From Oligoflexia bacterium (lineage in GTDB: Bacteria; Bdellovibrionota; UBA1018), in the NCBI GenBank assembly GCA_014376785.1, contig JACMQW010000018.1:9536-73535 (forward strand): a stretch of DNA of 64,000 nt. Reading direction: 5' to 3'. Below the pieces are notes generated by a model. That model saw nothing but the letters and a program-made list of their open reading frames with translations. It was not told the origin of the DNA and did not search any database. Below, in pieces: positions 1 through 9,217 of this stretch. Position numbers and translations under genes: made by a program. Each line of letters starts with the position of its first letter. Position 1 is the stretch's first letter.

Positions 1-1379
1 TTCGAACTTTCAACCGCAGCCGGCCTTGGTTCCCACCACTTTCCAAAATTCTCAATCGACTGTTCGGCCATCAATTTTCGTAAATCATCTTTGCGAAGTC
101 CCGCAGCGCCTTCGAAAACCGCCGGGTCGTAAATGGCGAAGCAGGCATTGATGGGTTGGTAGGTAGCGGGGTCAGAACCCGTGATGTAGCGCAGAAGTGC
201 TCCCATCGCGGTATTCGGTGGTGGGACATCCAGTGGTCTTCCGAGGAGGCGCTCGTAGATGAAATTTGCTGCCATGAGTCCGCATGCGGCGCTCTCCAGG
301 TAGCCTTCGACCCCGGTGATTTGTCCAGCGAGGTAGACTTTCGGATGACCTCTGAGCGAAAGATCTGCCCTCAAAACCCGTGGTCCACAAACGTAGGTGT
401 TTCGGTGGATCGACCCTAGTCGGAGGAATTCGGCATTTTTCAGCGCGGGAATCATGCGGAAGATTTTCGCCTGCTCACCGTATTTTAATTTTGTCTGGAA
501 CCCGACCAAATTATACGCCGTTTTCGAGGCGTTTTCAGCGCGGAGTTGGACGCAAGCGTAAGGGCGTCGTCCTGTCCGCGGATCGGTGAGGCCGACGGGC
601 TTCATCGGTCCGAATCGGAGCGTCTCTCGGCCCGTAGCTGCGATGGATTCGATCGGTTGGCACCCTTGGAAAAGAATTTCTTTTTCGAAATTTTTCGGCG
701 GGACTTTCTCACCCGCGATCAGCGCATTTAAGAACGCTTCGTATTCTTCTTCGGTGAGTGGACAATTTAAGTAAGCTTCCTCGCCGCCCTTGTCGTAGCG
801 GTTCGCCAGAAAAATACTTTCATGGTCGAGGGATGAGGCGTCCACGATCGGGGCGATCGCGTCGTAGAAATAAAGGTCTTTGCCTTCCTGCCCTTCGGGC
901 GCACTAGCCGCGGTGGCTTTGATCAGCCACTGAGTGAGGGGTTCCGAGGTGAGGGGACCCGTAGCGAAGAGGGTGATTCCATCCGCGAAGGGTTCGGTGA
1001 CTTCTTCGGAATGGCGAAAAATACGCGGATGAGACGCAAGTTTTTCAGTGACGTATTTTGCGAAAACGTCGCGGTCGACCGCGAGCGCTTCTCCGGCAGG
1101 AACTTTCGCCACCTCGGAACCCTCTAATGCCAGGGATCCCATCGCTTTCATCTCCGCTTTCATCATGCCGGGAGCGGAGAGCGGGTTCGTCGTCTTGAAA
1201 GAGTTTGAGCAGACGAGTTCTGCGCATCGGTCGGTGTGGTGCGCTTCGGTCATCTTCTTCGGGCGCATCTCGTGGAGATGAATCTCAAGGTCTGCAGTTT
1301 CTGCATGGCGGGCAAGAAACCAAGCGGCTTCGCTTCCCGCTAAACCAGCGCCGACGATATGAATTTTTCGTAATGCCAT
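1..1379 (-). CDS. trmFO: Methylenetetrahydrofolate--tRNA-(uracil-5-)-methyltransferase TrmFO (Gid), 3' part runs off the window start
   Basis: The minus-strand ATG at 1377-1379 gives MALRKIHIVGAGLAGSEAAWFLARHAETADLEIHLHEMRPKKMT, a Rossmann FAD motif followed by an EMRP segment typical of TrmFO. An internal in-frame segment reads TGRETLRFGPM. No stop is reached before position 1, and the ORF track omitted it because there is no stop in the window. Confidence 0.65.
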   Translation of the reverse strand, partial: MALRKIHIVGAGLAGSEAAWFLARHAETADLEIHLHEMRPKKMTEAHHTDRCAELVCSNSFKTTNPLSAPGMMKAEMKAMGSLALEGSEVAKVPAGEALAVDRDVFAKYVTEKLASHPRIFRHSEEVTEPFADGITLFATGPLTSEPLTQWLIKATAASAPEGQEGKDLYFYDAIAPIVDASSLDHESIFLANRYDKGGEEAYLNCPLTEEEYEAFLNALIAGEKVPPKNFEKEILFQGCQPIESIAATGRETLRFGPMKPVGLTDPRTGRRPYACVQLRAENASKTAYNLVGFQTKLKYGEQAKIFRMIPALKNAEFLRLGSIHRNTYVCGPRVLRADLSLRGHPKVYLAGQITGVEGYLESAACGLMAANFIYERLLGRPLDVPPPNTAMGALLRYITGSDPATYQPINACFAIYDPAVFEGAAGLRKDDLRKLMAEQSIENFGKWWEPRPAAVESS

Positions 1380-1425
1380 CACTTGGGTCTCCGTTTATCC
1401 GTGACTCCGTATAGCATAGAGAAAG

Positions 1426-2340
1426 ATGAAACCTGCGAACCTCGCGGAAGCGATTGCACATTATTTAGAAGTGCTTGAAATTCAAAGGAAATTGGCGAAT
1501 CACACGTTGCGCGCCTACCGGTCTGATTTGTCAGAATGGCAATGTGTGATGGAAGAAGCAGGCTTCGGCACGGTGGACGATTTGGACGCCGGACTGAAGC
1601 CCCAACACATTCGGAGCTATCTGGCGCGGAAGACGGAGTCGCACGAACGCAGTTCGCTCTGCAGAAAACTGTCCGTCGTTCGCGGCTTTCTGAAATTCGG
1701 GCGGAATGAAAAATGGCTCACGCGGAATATCGGCGCTCTCGTTCCTTCTCCGAAACAGAATCGATCGTTGCCGGAGTTTCTAAAAATAGAAGAGGTCTCG
1801 GAACTCATCGGCGCACCCGATGTCTCCACTCAGCTCGGCCGCCGCGACAAGGCGATTTTTGAACTCATTTATGGAGCGGGTCTTCGGGTGAGTGAGGCGG
1901 TGGGTTTGGATGTCGGGGGAGTCAATTTCTCGAGTGGTTGGGTGAGTGTTCTTGGAAAAGGGTCGAAAGAGAGAAACGTTCCGATCGGAACGTCCGCCAT
2001 TCGCGCATTGGAAGCGATGCTCAGCGACCGCGAGGGTAAGACGCACGAACCACTGTTTGTAAACTACCGAGGAACGCGCCTCACCTCCCGTAGCGTGGCT
2101 CGTATTCTCGCAAAACATTTGATTCGCATCGCAGCTAGTCGATCGATTTCCCCACATGGTTTGCGTCATAGTTTTGCGACCCACTTGCTCATGGCAGGTG
2201 CAGATTTGCGAGGAATTCAGCAGCTACTGGGCCATGCCCAGCTTTCTACGACCCAGCGCTACACGCACATCGACCTCGGAACTCTGGTCGACGAATACCG
2301 AGGAGCTCATCCCCTTGAGAAAAAGACTCCTGTTCGGTAA
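1426..2340 (+). CDS. xerC: Tyrosine site-specific recombinase XerC/XerD family
   Basis: 304 aa. The C-terminal catalytic motifs are HGLRHSFATHLL and LLGHAQLSTTQRYTHI (R-H-R-Y integrase signature). The N-terminal SAM-like domain contains TLRAYRSDL. A gid(trmFO)-xerC(codV) adjacency is known in other bacteria. Confidence 0.75.
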   Translation: MKPANLAEAIAHYLEVLEIQRKLANHTLRAYRSDLSEWQCVMEEAGFGTVDDLDAGLKPQHIRSYLARKTESHERSSLCRKLSVVRGFLKFGRNEKWLTRNIGALVPSPKQNRSLPEFLKIEEVSELIGAPDVSTQLGRRDKAIFELIYGAGLRVSEAVGLDVGGVNFSSGWVSVLGKGSKERNVPIGTSAIRALEAMLSDREGKTHEPLFVNYRGTRLTSRSVARILAKHLIRIAASRSISPHGLRHSFATHLLMAGADLRGIQQLLGHAQLSTTQRYTHIDLGTLVDEYRGAHPLEKKTPVR

Positions 2341-2354
2341 CCTCGCAAAACCCC

Positions 2355-2984
2355 ATGGATCTATTGGTCGACTTCCTTCTGAACTTCTACGGTCCGACGC
2401 CTTATCTTTTGGTATTCGGAATTCTTCTGCTTTGCGGATTCGGAGTTCCTATTCCGGAAGACGTTGCGCTTTTCGCAGCCGGCTTGCTTGCGTATTACGG
2501 AGTGGTCGATCTTTGGGTGATGATCGCCGTAGGATTTGCAGGGGTTATGGCGGGTGATTCGATCATGTGGTATCTGGGCCACAAATACGGTCGTCGCCTG
2601 ATGAAAAAGTCATTTTTCCAAAAGCTCTTACCCGAAGAGCGTATCCAAATGGCATCGACGCGTCTGAATCGAAAGGGCGCAAAGCGACTGCTGTTCGCAG
2701 GTCGGTTCATGCCCGGGCTTCGCGCCCCTATTTATTTCACATCTGGTTTCTTGCACGTCCCGTTCTGGCGTTTTTTTATTATGGACGGCCTCGCGGCGAT
2801 GGTCAGTGTGCCGCTCATTATCGGCGCGGTCTTTCACTTCGGAGATGAACTCGACGTCGTGGTTCGGTGGATCAAAAAAATTGAACACGGAATTCTTTTC
2901 ATTATTTTCGGAGTTGCCGTCGTAGTAGGAACGAAATGGTGGCTGACTCACCGTCGAGCGCGCGCTGGAAACATTATCCCATGA
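2355..2984 (+). CDS. DedA/SNARE-associated family inner membrane protein
   Basis: 209 aa, polytopic. It carries the DedA signature GFGVPIPEDVALFAAGLLAYYG and GRFMPGLRAPIYFTSG. Confidence 0.75.
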   Translation: MDLLVDFLLNFYGPTPYLLVFGILLLCGFGVPIPEDVALFAAGLLAYYGVVDLWVMIAVGFAGVMAGDSIMWYLGHKYGRRLMKKSFFQKLLPEERIQMASTRLNRKGAKRLLFAGRFMPGLRAPIYFTSGFLHVPFWRFFIMDGLAAMVSVPLIIGAVFHFGDELDVVVRWIKKIEHGILFIIFGVAVVVGTKWWLTHRRARAGNIIP

Positions 2985-3943
2985 GAACCGCTTTCGTTCT
3001 CTTTGCGGGTTTCTCCTTGTTCGCTTGTTCTCCCCGCGCGGCAAACGTGCCGGAATCGAATGGCGTCCCACTTCCTCGCGCATCGGCCACCCCCCAGGTT
3101 CAGGAAGTCACCAGCGCATCTGCTTACGAAATCACGCAACTGTGCAAATCGCTGCAATCAGGAATCGAAAAGTATCAGTGGCGCGGTTTAAAAACCTGCG
3201 AAGGCATCCATTGGAAATCAGAAAGTCTTTCTGAAGAAGGCCGTCCGTTGATTTATGCCGAGTTCGGCCAACCATCGAGTTTGAATAAGACCCTAATCCT
3301 CTCCATGGTCCATCCGGACGAAATCACTCCTCTCTACCTCGGGTTTAAAATTGCGCATTACATTCGCGAGCGAGAGCTCGATTTAAAGGATGCCCACGTC
3401 ATCATCGCGCCGTTGGTAAATCCAGACGGATTTTTCAAACACCCACCCACTCGCATGAATGCCCGCGGCGTGGATGTGAATCGTAATTTCGATACGCCAC
3501 TGTGGCGGGAAAAAGCGCTGAAAGAATGGACGACCCGATTAGGAAAAAATCCCCGGCGCTTTCCCGGCCAGGAGCCGGCATCTGAGTCGGAAACTAAATT
3601 CCAAGTAGAGCTGATCGAACGATTCAAGCCAGCGAAAATTCTTTCGATCCATGCGCCACTGAATGTCACGGACTACGACGGACCCAATAGCCTCACGCTG
3701 GATCGCTTTCCGAAAGAATACGTTCACGCGTGTTATCAGCTCCGAAGTCGACTCCGCGCGAAGTCGACCGGGTATTTTCCAGGGTCGCTCGGAAATTTCG
3801 CCGGCATCGAGCAGGGGATACCCACGATTACTTTGGAGCTTCCATCAGCAAATCCCAAGCTCGCGGATGGTTTCTGGAAAAAGTTTCAGCCAGGAATACA
3901 CTCGATGATCCAATTTAAATTCGACCCTAGCGCGAAGAAATAG
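2981..3943 (+). CDS. Secreted M14-family zinc carboxypeptidase/amidase-like protein (MpaA/AstE-like)
   Basis: The ATG at 2981 overlaps the dedA stop (ATGA). The N-terminus MRTAFVLFAGFSLFACS has a signal and lipobox-like shape. Motifs are HPDE (HxxE zinc ligands) and DVNRNF (M14 substrate-binding Arg motif). Confidence 0.6.
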   Translation: MRTAFVLFAGFSLFACSPRAANVPESNGVPLPRASATPQVQEVTSASAYEITQLCKSLQSGIEKYQWRGLKTCEGIHWKSESLSEEGRPLIYAEFGQPSSLNKTLILSMVHPDEITPLYLGFKIAHYIRERELDLKDAHVIIAPLVNPDGFFKHPPTRMNARGVDVNRNFDTPLWREKALKEWTTRLGKNPRRFPGQEPASESETKFQVELIERFKPAKILSIHAPLNVTDYDGPNSLTLDRFPKEYVHACYQLRSRLRAKSTGYFPGSLGNFAGIEQGIPTITLELPSANPKLADGFWKKFQPGIHSMIQFKFDPSAKK

Positions 3944-4667
3944 CCGAAGGGGTTTCTAAAGCTTTTCGAGCTTCCGTGAGGAGATACACTCCAGACGTGA
4001 CAGCCAGTGCGGCCGCGACCCAAATCGCGATTCCGGCAGAGAATCGCTTACGGGGCGGGGGCGTAACTTCCGGTGCGTCGGTCCTAAACGGTACGGATTC
4101 GTGCTCATTTGCTCGCAAGAGAAAAGCGGGGGGAGTGCGAGGTGGTTCCGCGAGGGCCTGGTTTACTCCGAGCGTCCATCCATCGAGAGAGGAAGCGGCA
4201 GTTTCACTCAGCTTTGCCTGGATCATGCGTTCGTTCGGAGCCGGGGGGGCGTGCTGGTCTGTCGGATAGGCCGGGGCTACATTCTGAAATTCGGGAGGCT
4301 GCCTTTTTTCCACGTCAGACCGCGATGACCTGGCGGCTAACTCCAAAGTCGCATGAGCGATCGCGGCCTCATTTTTTAACCGCGCTTCATTCGATGCGGC
4401 TTCTGCGAGTGCGAGTTCGCGAGCAGAACGGTCCTGAGCTTTTTTCCATTCGGCTTCGCGAGTTTTCAATTCTCGCTGCGCCAGTTCTGCTTCGAGCTGA
4501 GCTTCATCTTCGAGTCGGCGTGCTTTCACATACCCGGCAAGCGCGGCGCTGCGATGGATGAGGGCCATCCCTTTGCATTTTCCGCAACGGACGTAAGCAC
4601 GCTGAATATTTTCAAAATCAATTCCAGCGGTGACAAGCGATTCACAGTGAGGGCAGTTCCAACGCAT
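3927..4667 (-). CDS. Zinc-ribbon (MJ0042-type CPxC...CxxC) coiled-coil protein with C-terminal TM helix
   Basis: The N-terminus reads CPHCESLV...VRCGKCKG. This is followed by a charged coiled-coil stretch (EAQLEAELAQRELKTREAEWKK) and a C-terminal hydrophobic segment AGIAIWVAAALAVTSGVYLL. Confidence 0.5.
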   Translation of the reverse strand: MRWNCPHCESLVTAGIDFENIQRAYVRCGKCKGMALIHRSAALAGYVKARRLEDEAQLEAELAQRELKTREAEWKKAQDRSARELALAEAASNEARLKNEAAIAHATLELAARSSRSDVEKRQPPEFQNVAPAYPTDQHAPPAPNERMIQAKLSETAASSLDGWTLGVNQALAEPPRTPPAFLLRANEHESVPFRTDAPEVTPPPRKRFSAGIAIWVAAALAVTSGVYLLTEARKALETPSAISSR

Positions 4668-4744
4668 GGATTTTCTCCGGTCTCATTCTCTAGACTATCG
4701 CCATTAAGCCAAAAAATAACTGGGTAAGTGTTGCCGATTCCGCA

Positions 4745-5608
4745 TTAGGCCGCCTGCAATTCGACAGTAGGTAATTTTTTCACCTTGGCTAATTGTTCCA
4801 GTCGTAAAATTCTCTCACTCACGAGGGGATGCGCCTTACTGCCGGTGCTTCGTTCGATGGCGGCCTGAAGCGTGGTGAGTGCTTCTAAAAGAGAGGTGGC
4901 TTTGATTTGAAAAATTTTCATCGCTGTTTCATCGGCTTCAAATTCTTGGTCCCAGAGGAGCTGCCGCATGGTCATCCAAGTGAGTAAGGCAGGAATGATT
5001 CCCGCAACGAGTGAGAATGCGCCACCCAGATTTGCGTAACCACTCCAGTGCATTCCAATCAGCGTCGCCGCAGTCAGAACGGACGCGACAATAAAAGTAC
5101 CAATGGCCCGGAGCATGCGTTTTAAAAGGTGGTTTTGATTCAGATGGGAAAGCTCATGAGCAAAAACCGCTTCCAGAGCGGACGGGGCGAGTAGTTTTAA
5201 CGCGCCTTCCGAAGCGAAGATAACGGGGCGAAAAATTCCGCGTCCGAATGAAAATCCGGAGACGAAGACGTTCGGCAGCTTACCCGGTAAATCGGAGTCT
5301 GCGGCTGCGTAAAGCGATACTCCGTTCCATTCTCCGATGGCGCGGGCGAAAAACGCATGACGAAGCGTGAATGGACTGACCAGCAGGCTGAGGAAAACGC
5401 CGCCTGAAAATCCGCCTAGAATTCCCACCAAGACGAAGGCGAGTTTGAACGCGGGGAATACCGCTGGAAGCCTTCCCGCAAAGGTAACCCCGAGGGCTGC
5501 ACCCGCCGCGAGACCTGCGCTGGTAAGCAAGATCATGCTTCCGAAGAGGAGGACATTGCTCCATTGATTTCTTAAACGCCGAATAAAAGCTTGTTGAGTT
5601 GCATCCAT
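4745..5608 (-). CDS. M48 family zinc metalloprotease (HtpX-like), membrane-bound
   Basis: HELSHLNQNH is an HEXXH motif and a downstream EFEADE supplies the third ligand. Several TM helices are present. The start is placed at MDATQQ (5606-5608) because the longer ORF would overlap divergent meaB. Confidence 0.7.
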   Translation of the reverse strand: MDATQQAFIRRLRNQWSNVLLFGSMILLTSAGLAAGAALGVTFAGRLPAVFPAFKLAFVLVGILGGFSGGVFLSLLVSPFTLRHAFFARAIGEWNGVSLYAAADSDLPGKLPNVFVSGFSFGRGIFRPVIFASEGALKLLAPSALEAVFAHELSHLNQNHLLKRMLRAIGTFIVASVLTAATLIGMHWSGYANLGGAFSLVAGIIPALLTWMTMRQLLWDQEFEADETAMKIFQIKATSLLEALTTLQAAIERSTGSKAHPLVSERILRLEQLAKVKKLPTVELQAA

Positions 5609-5688
5609 GCTTTTTTCTATTCGGTGCGAAACGATGCGAGCGAGAGGGTAGAGATTGCCGACCCTTCGCCTTGTGATACGAAAGATCC

Positions 5689-6645
5689 ATGACTGCTCCG
5701 AATTACGCACGGGTCGAGGCTTTGATCACTGATATGCGCGCCGGCAAAAGATTGGCGCTGGCGAGGCTCATCTCTAAAGTTGAGAACCGGGATCCGGATC
5801 TCCATGAAGTGATGAGAAGAATCTATGCCCTTTCGGGCAAGGCTCAGATCTGGGGAATCACCGGTCCTCCCGGCGCCGGAAAGTCCACGATGGTCGATCA
5901 GTTTGCCATCGAGTTGAGGAAAAGAGGAAAGCGAGTCGCAATCGTCGCGGTCGATCCTTCTTCTCCCTTTACGGGGGGAGCGATCCTCGGGGATCGCATC
6001 CGGATGCAGAGGCATACCCACGACGAGGGCGTCTTCATTCGCTCACTCGGAACTCGCGGAAAGCATGGCGGCTTATCCCATGCGACGAAGGAAGTGGTGC
6101 TGCTTCTCGACTCCGCGGGATTCGATGTGATTTTGGTGGAAACGGCGGGGGTCGGCCAGACGGAGCTAGATGTCTTGAAGCTCGCTCAAACCGTCGTGGT
6201 GGCTCTCGTTCCCGAAAGTGGTGACTCGATCCAAGTTATGAAAGCCGGTCTCATGGAGATCGCAGACATCTTTGCCGTAAATAAGAGTGATCGACCTGAG
6301 GCGGATAAACTCGTGAAGGAGATCATCACGATGGTCGGACTGAACGACCACGATGAGAAAAGCTGGATGGTTCCGGTTAAGAAGACGGAAGCCACGCGCG
6401 GGGTCGGTATGGTCGAACTCCTGGATTCGATCGGGGAGCATCAAGCCTGGCTCGGCAAAACGGGAAATCGAGATGAAAAAGGTCGCCGGTTTCTGAAAGA
6501 AGAAGTTCTCGACATCTTAGTAGAGCGATTAGAGCGAAGTTTAGACGGTGCATTTGAGACACGTTCTGGAAAAGAGCTGCTCGAGCAGCTTTTGCGACGG
6601 GAAATTGACCCTTACTCGGCGGCGGATACCCTTTCCGGTCAGTGA
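5689..6645 (+). CDS. meaB: Methylmalonyl-CoA mutase-associated GTPase MeaB / ArgK (LAO/AO transport system ATPase)
   Basis: P-loop GITGPPGAGKST, VETAGVGQTE and NKSD G4 motifs are present. 318 aa. Confidence 0.85.
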   Translation: MTAPNYARVEALITDMRAGKRLALARLISKVENRDPDLHEVMRRIYALSGKAQIWGITGPPGAGKSTMVDQFAIELRKRGKRVAIVAVDPSSPFTGGAILGDRIRMQRHTHDEGVFIRSLGTRGKHGGLSHATKEVVLLLDSAGFDVILVETAGVGQTELDVLKLAQTVVVALVPESGDSIQVMKAGLMEIADIFAVNKSDRPEADKLVKEIITMVGLNDHDEKSWMVPVKKTEATRGVGMVELLDSIGEHQAWLGKTGNRDEKGRRFLKEEVLDILVERLERSLDGAFETRSGKELLEQLLRREIDPYSAADTLSGQ

Positions 6646-6827
6646 AGCTGCGAATTTCTGAAAATAATGGACTGAAATAGTTTTTTAAAAACGAATTTGG
6701 ACCAATAAAGAAGGCTCTCAGCTTTTTTAAAAAATTTCTTGAAGGTGTAAAAAGCGAAGAATATCGAGCAACTAATGCAGAGCGCATTTTAGATGCAGCG
6801 CATTTTAAATACCTGACTAAATTTATC

Positions 6828-6854
6828 TAAAGGTTCCACTATACCCGACCGAAA
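6828..6854 (+). promoter_or_regulatory. Candidate sigma-28 (FliA) promoter upstream of fliC copy 1
   Basis: TAAAGGTT-N11-GACCGAAA compares with the consensus TAAAGTTT-N11-GCCGATAA. It lies about 205 nt upstream of the ATG, so assignment is tentative. Confidence 0.3.
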
Positions 6855-7059
6855 TGCTCTTTGACGGAAAGATCATTGTGGAAATGGTTTCACAGAGGCT
6901 CTCGGTCAAGCAGGGGTACAGCATATTCCTGCAAAAAATCTAAGGTGCGATTCTTCCGGGGGTAGCTCACGGGGGGGATGGAGTGGTCCATCTTCTGCCG
7001 GGTTGCCAAGGGGAGAGCACGGCCTTTAGCAGTACGTATCAAGCAAAAGGGTGTGGTGT

Positions 7060-7893
7060 ATGGGTCTTCGTATTAATACTAATATTCAGTCGTTAGCAGC
7101 TCAGCGTTCTTTAGGGATTAACTCCGGCGCACAAAAAGCAAGCTTAGAGCATTTGTCTTCCGGTTCCCGGATTGTTAGAGCTGCAGACGATGCCGCTGGA
7201 CTCGCGATCTCTGAAAAAATGAAGTCGCACATTCGTTCTTTAAACCAGGACATGCGCAACGCAAACGACGGGATCTCGATGATCCAAACGGCAGAAGGTG
7301 CGATGAACGAAACAGGGAACATCCTGACTCGTTTCCGCGAACTTTCCATCCAAGCTTCTTCGGACACCATCGGTGATACCGAACGGGGATTCATCAACAA
7401 AGAAGTGAAGCAACTCGGTTCTGAAATTGACCGGATTGCAAAATCGACCGAATACAACGGACGCAAGCTTCTCGCTGGAGAAGGCGATAAGCTTGAAATC
7501 CAAGTAGGTCTGAAAAACAACAAAGAGCTCGATCGTTTCCAATACGACGTCGCGGCAACGAACACCACGGCAGATGCTCTCGGTGTGGGTGGCCTTTCCG
7601 TCAACACGAAAGAAGAAGCGCAAAACAACCTCGATAAAATCGACGGAGCGATCTCGAAACTCTCTGGAAACCGCGCTGAAATGGGCGCACTTCAGAACCG
7701 GTTGCAATCTTCGATCTCTAACATGGCCGTCTACAATGAAAACTTGTCAGCCGGTAACAGCCGAATCCGCGATGTGGATATGGCTTCTGAAACTGCGGAG
7801 TTGACTAAAAACAACATCCTCACTCAAGCAACGACTTCAGTCCTCAGTCAAGCGAACCAGAACTCGATGCTGGCATTGAAACTCCTTGGATAA
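7060..7893 (+). CDS. fliC: Flagellin (copy 1)
   Basis: MGLRINTNIQSLAAQR...AADDAAGLAISEKM is the N-terminal D0/D1 segment, and LSQANQNSMLALKLLG is the C-terminal D0. AAGGG lies 8 nt upstream of the ATG at 7060. The track start at 7051 is a GTG. Confidence 0.9.
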   Translation: MGLRINTNIQSLAAQRSLGINSGAQKASLEHLSSGSRIVRAADDAAGLAISEKMKSHIRSLNQDMRNANDGISMIQTAEGAMNETGNILTRFRELSIQASSDTIGDTERGFINKEVKQLGSEIDRIAKSTEYNGRKLLAGEGDKLEIQVGLKNNKELDRFQYDVAATNTTADALGVGGLSVNTKEEAQNNLDKIDGAISKLSGNRAEMGALQNRLQSSISNMAVYNENLSAGNSRIRDVDMASETAELTKNNILTQATTSVLSQANQNSMLALKLLG

Positions 7894-7976
7894 TCTCCAT
7901 TGAGTTCTTGTTAGTACCGAATCGCTTAGACAGCGAGGTCCCTCATTCGGTTGATCCGTGAGGAATGTATCCACCT

Positions 7977-8014
7977 GGAAGGGTTGGATGGGTTAATCCC
8001 ATCCAACCCTTTCC
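7977..8014 (+). terminator. Perfect 16-bp hairpin downstream of fliC1
   Basis: GGAAGGGTTGGATGGG-TTAATC-CCCATCCAACCCTTCC is followed by TCGTTTGT, a weak U-tract. It sits in a convergent intergenic region. Confidence 0.45.
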
Positions 8015-8266
8015 TCGTTTGTGGAGGTAAAGAAAAACTCTGGGGAGGGCTCTAACGGACTCCTTCAGTCACTTCCTGTGACTGACAGTCCTTTAGGACT
8101 GGCGAACCTTCTCGGGCATCATGCCCTCGAAGTATCCTGCGCCTTTTCGCGCATCGTGCGCGGCGGCGGTCGCACCCGAAGGATTTTTAAATGTTTCTCT
8201 AGAAACGAGGAACGTCCGGTGGCGTTGGGGACGGGGTGCGACTCATGACTCGCGTTTCCGCTCGTC

Positions 8267-9154
8267 TCAAGGACAGTGTAAAAATCCCTGAACGTTTTCC
8301 AAAATTATCGAACAGCCTCTCAAAAACTTCATACCTAACATTCCTTCGGCAGGCATGTCCTGAGAAGTCGGCTGAAGCCTCACATCCATTTTAAACTTTC
8401 TTCCCAGTAGCGTTGTTTCTATTTGAGTGAGTAAGCGAACTGACGATGGCTTCCCTGAAATGCCTCCAACTTTCTCGTGGGAGGTAATGGACTTGTTGAG
8501 AAGTTTTTTTCCCGCTCGCGACTGATTCCCAATCGCCGCATTGTCTGCACCTGAATCAACGAGGAATCTCACCGGCAGGTTGGCGATCTTTCCATCCACA
8601 ACGTAAAGGATCGTGTGGGTAACCTCGGGACTGATGGAGTGAATAGAAGTGAGTGGCGTGTAATCCTTTAGTGATGCGTGGGAAATGTCGCTGATGATTA
8701 ACGAAGGAACTTTCCCGAGATTGAGAGTGGCTGCCCCGCTTTTGGTGATCAGACTCTGGGGCGATAAGATTCCAGAAATGCCATAAACGCGGAATGAGCT
8801 AGGCAGGGAGGTGATCCAGACCTCCTTATTCTTGTAAACGAGAGTTTCGCCATTCGACGATTTCAGGGCCAGGTCGATCTTGGCCAGTGGGGCCTGGTCA
8901 TTAGCTCCGGTAGTGGCGGCCATCGTATTTTGAACGATATTGGATTCCGCCGCGAACCAGCTCGCGACAACGCTAAGCGAAGCTCCAGTGTCTACAAGGA
9001 AGATTCCCTTTTTGCCGTTGACGATAATTTCTACTGTCGGAGAGGCAAAACCTGCCTGATCGAGCAATGGATCAAAACTTAGCGCAAACTCAGATGCCCA
9101 AGCAGACGTACAACACAGGGTGAGGATAATACCGAATGGAAGAGTTGAGTCCAT
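8267..9154 (-). CDS. Secreted pepsin/retropepsin-like aspartic protease (two-lobed)
   Basis: Signal peptide MDSTLPFGIILTLCCTSAWA. Two catalytic motifs, FLVDTGASLS and FLVDSGADNA, are present. 295 aa. Confidence 0.6.
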   Translation of the reverse strand: MDSTLPFGIILTLCCTSAWASEFALSFDPLLDQAGFASPTVEIIVNGKKGIFLVDTGASLSVVASWFAAESNIVQNTMAATTGANDQAPLAKIDLALKSSNGETLVYKNKEVWITSLPSSFRVYGISGILSPQSLITKSGAATLNLGKVPSLIISDISHASLKDYTPLTSIHSISPEVTHTILYVVDGKIANLPVRFLVDSGADNAAIGNQSRAGKKLLNKSITSHEKVGGISGKPSSVRLLTQIETTLLGRKFKMDVRLQPTSQDMPAEGMLGMKFLRGCSIILENVQGFLHCP

Positions 9155-9217
9155 AGCGCCGGAGTAGCAGAGAATCTAATCTCCGTCAGCGATTAATCAT
9201 CCGAATGTTTCAGGTCC

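Noticed and set aside
6377-6787. 136-aa minus-strand ORF overlapping the meaB 3' end and the fliC1 upstream region
   Set aside because: It is antisense to a well-supported gene and runs into the AT-rich promoter region. No motif is recognisable.
8021-8248. 75-aa ORF in the fliC1 / aspartic protease convergent intergenic region
   Set aside because: It has no RBS, an odd composition, and it sits between the terminator hairpin and the 3' end of a convergent gene, so it is likely non-coding.
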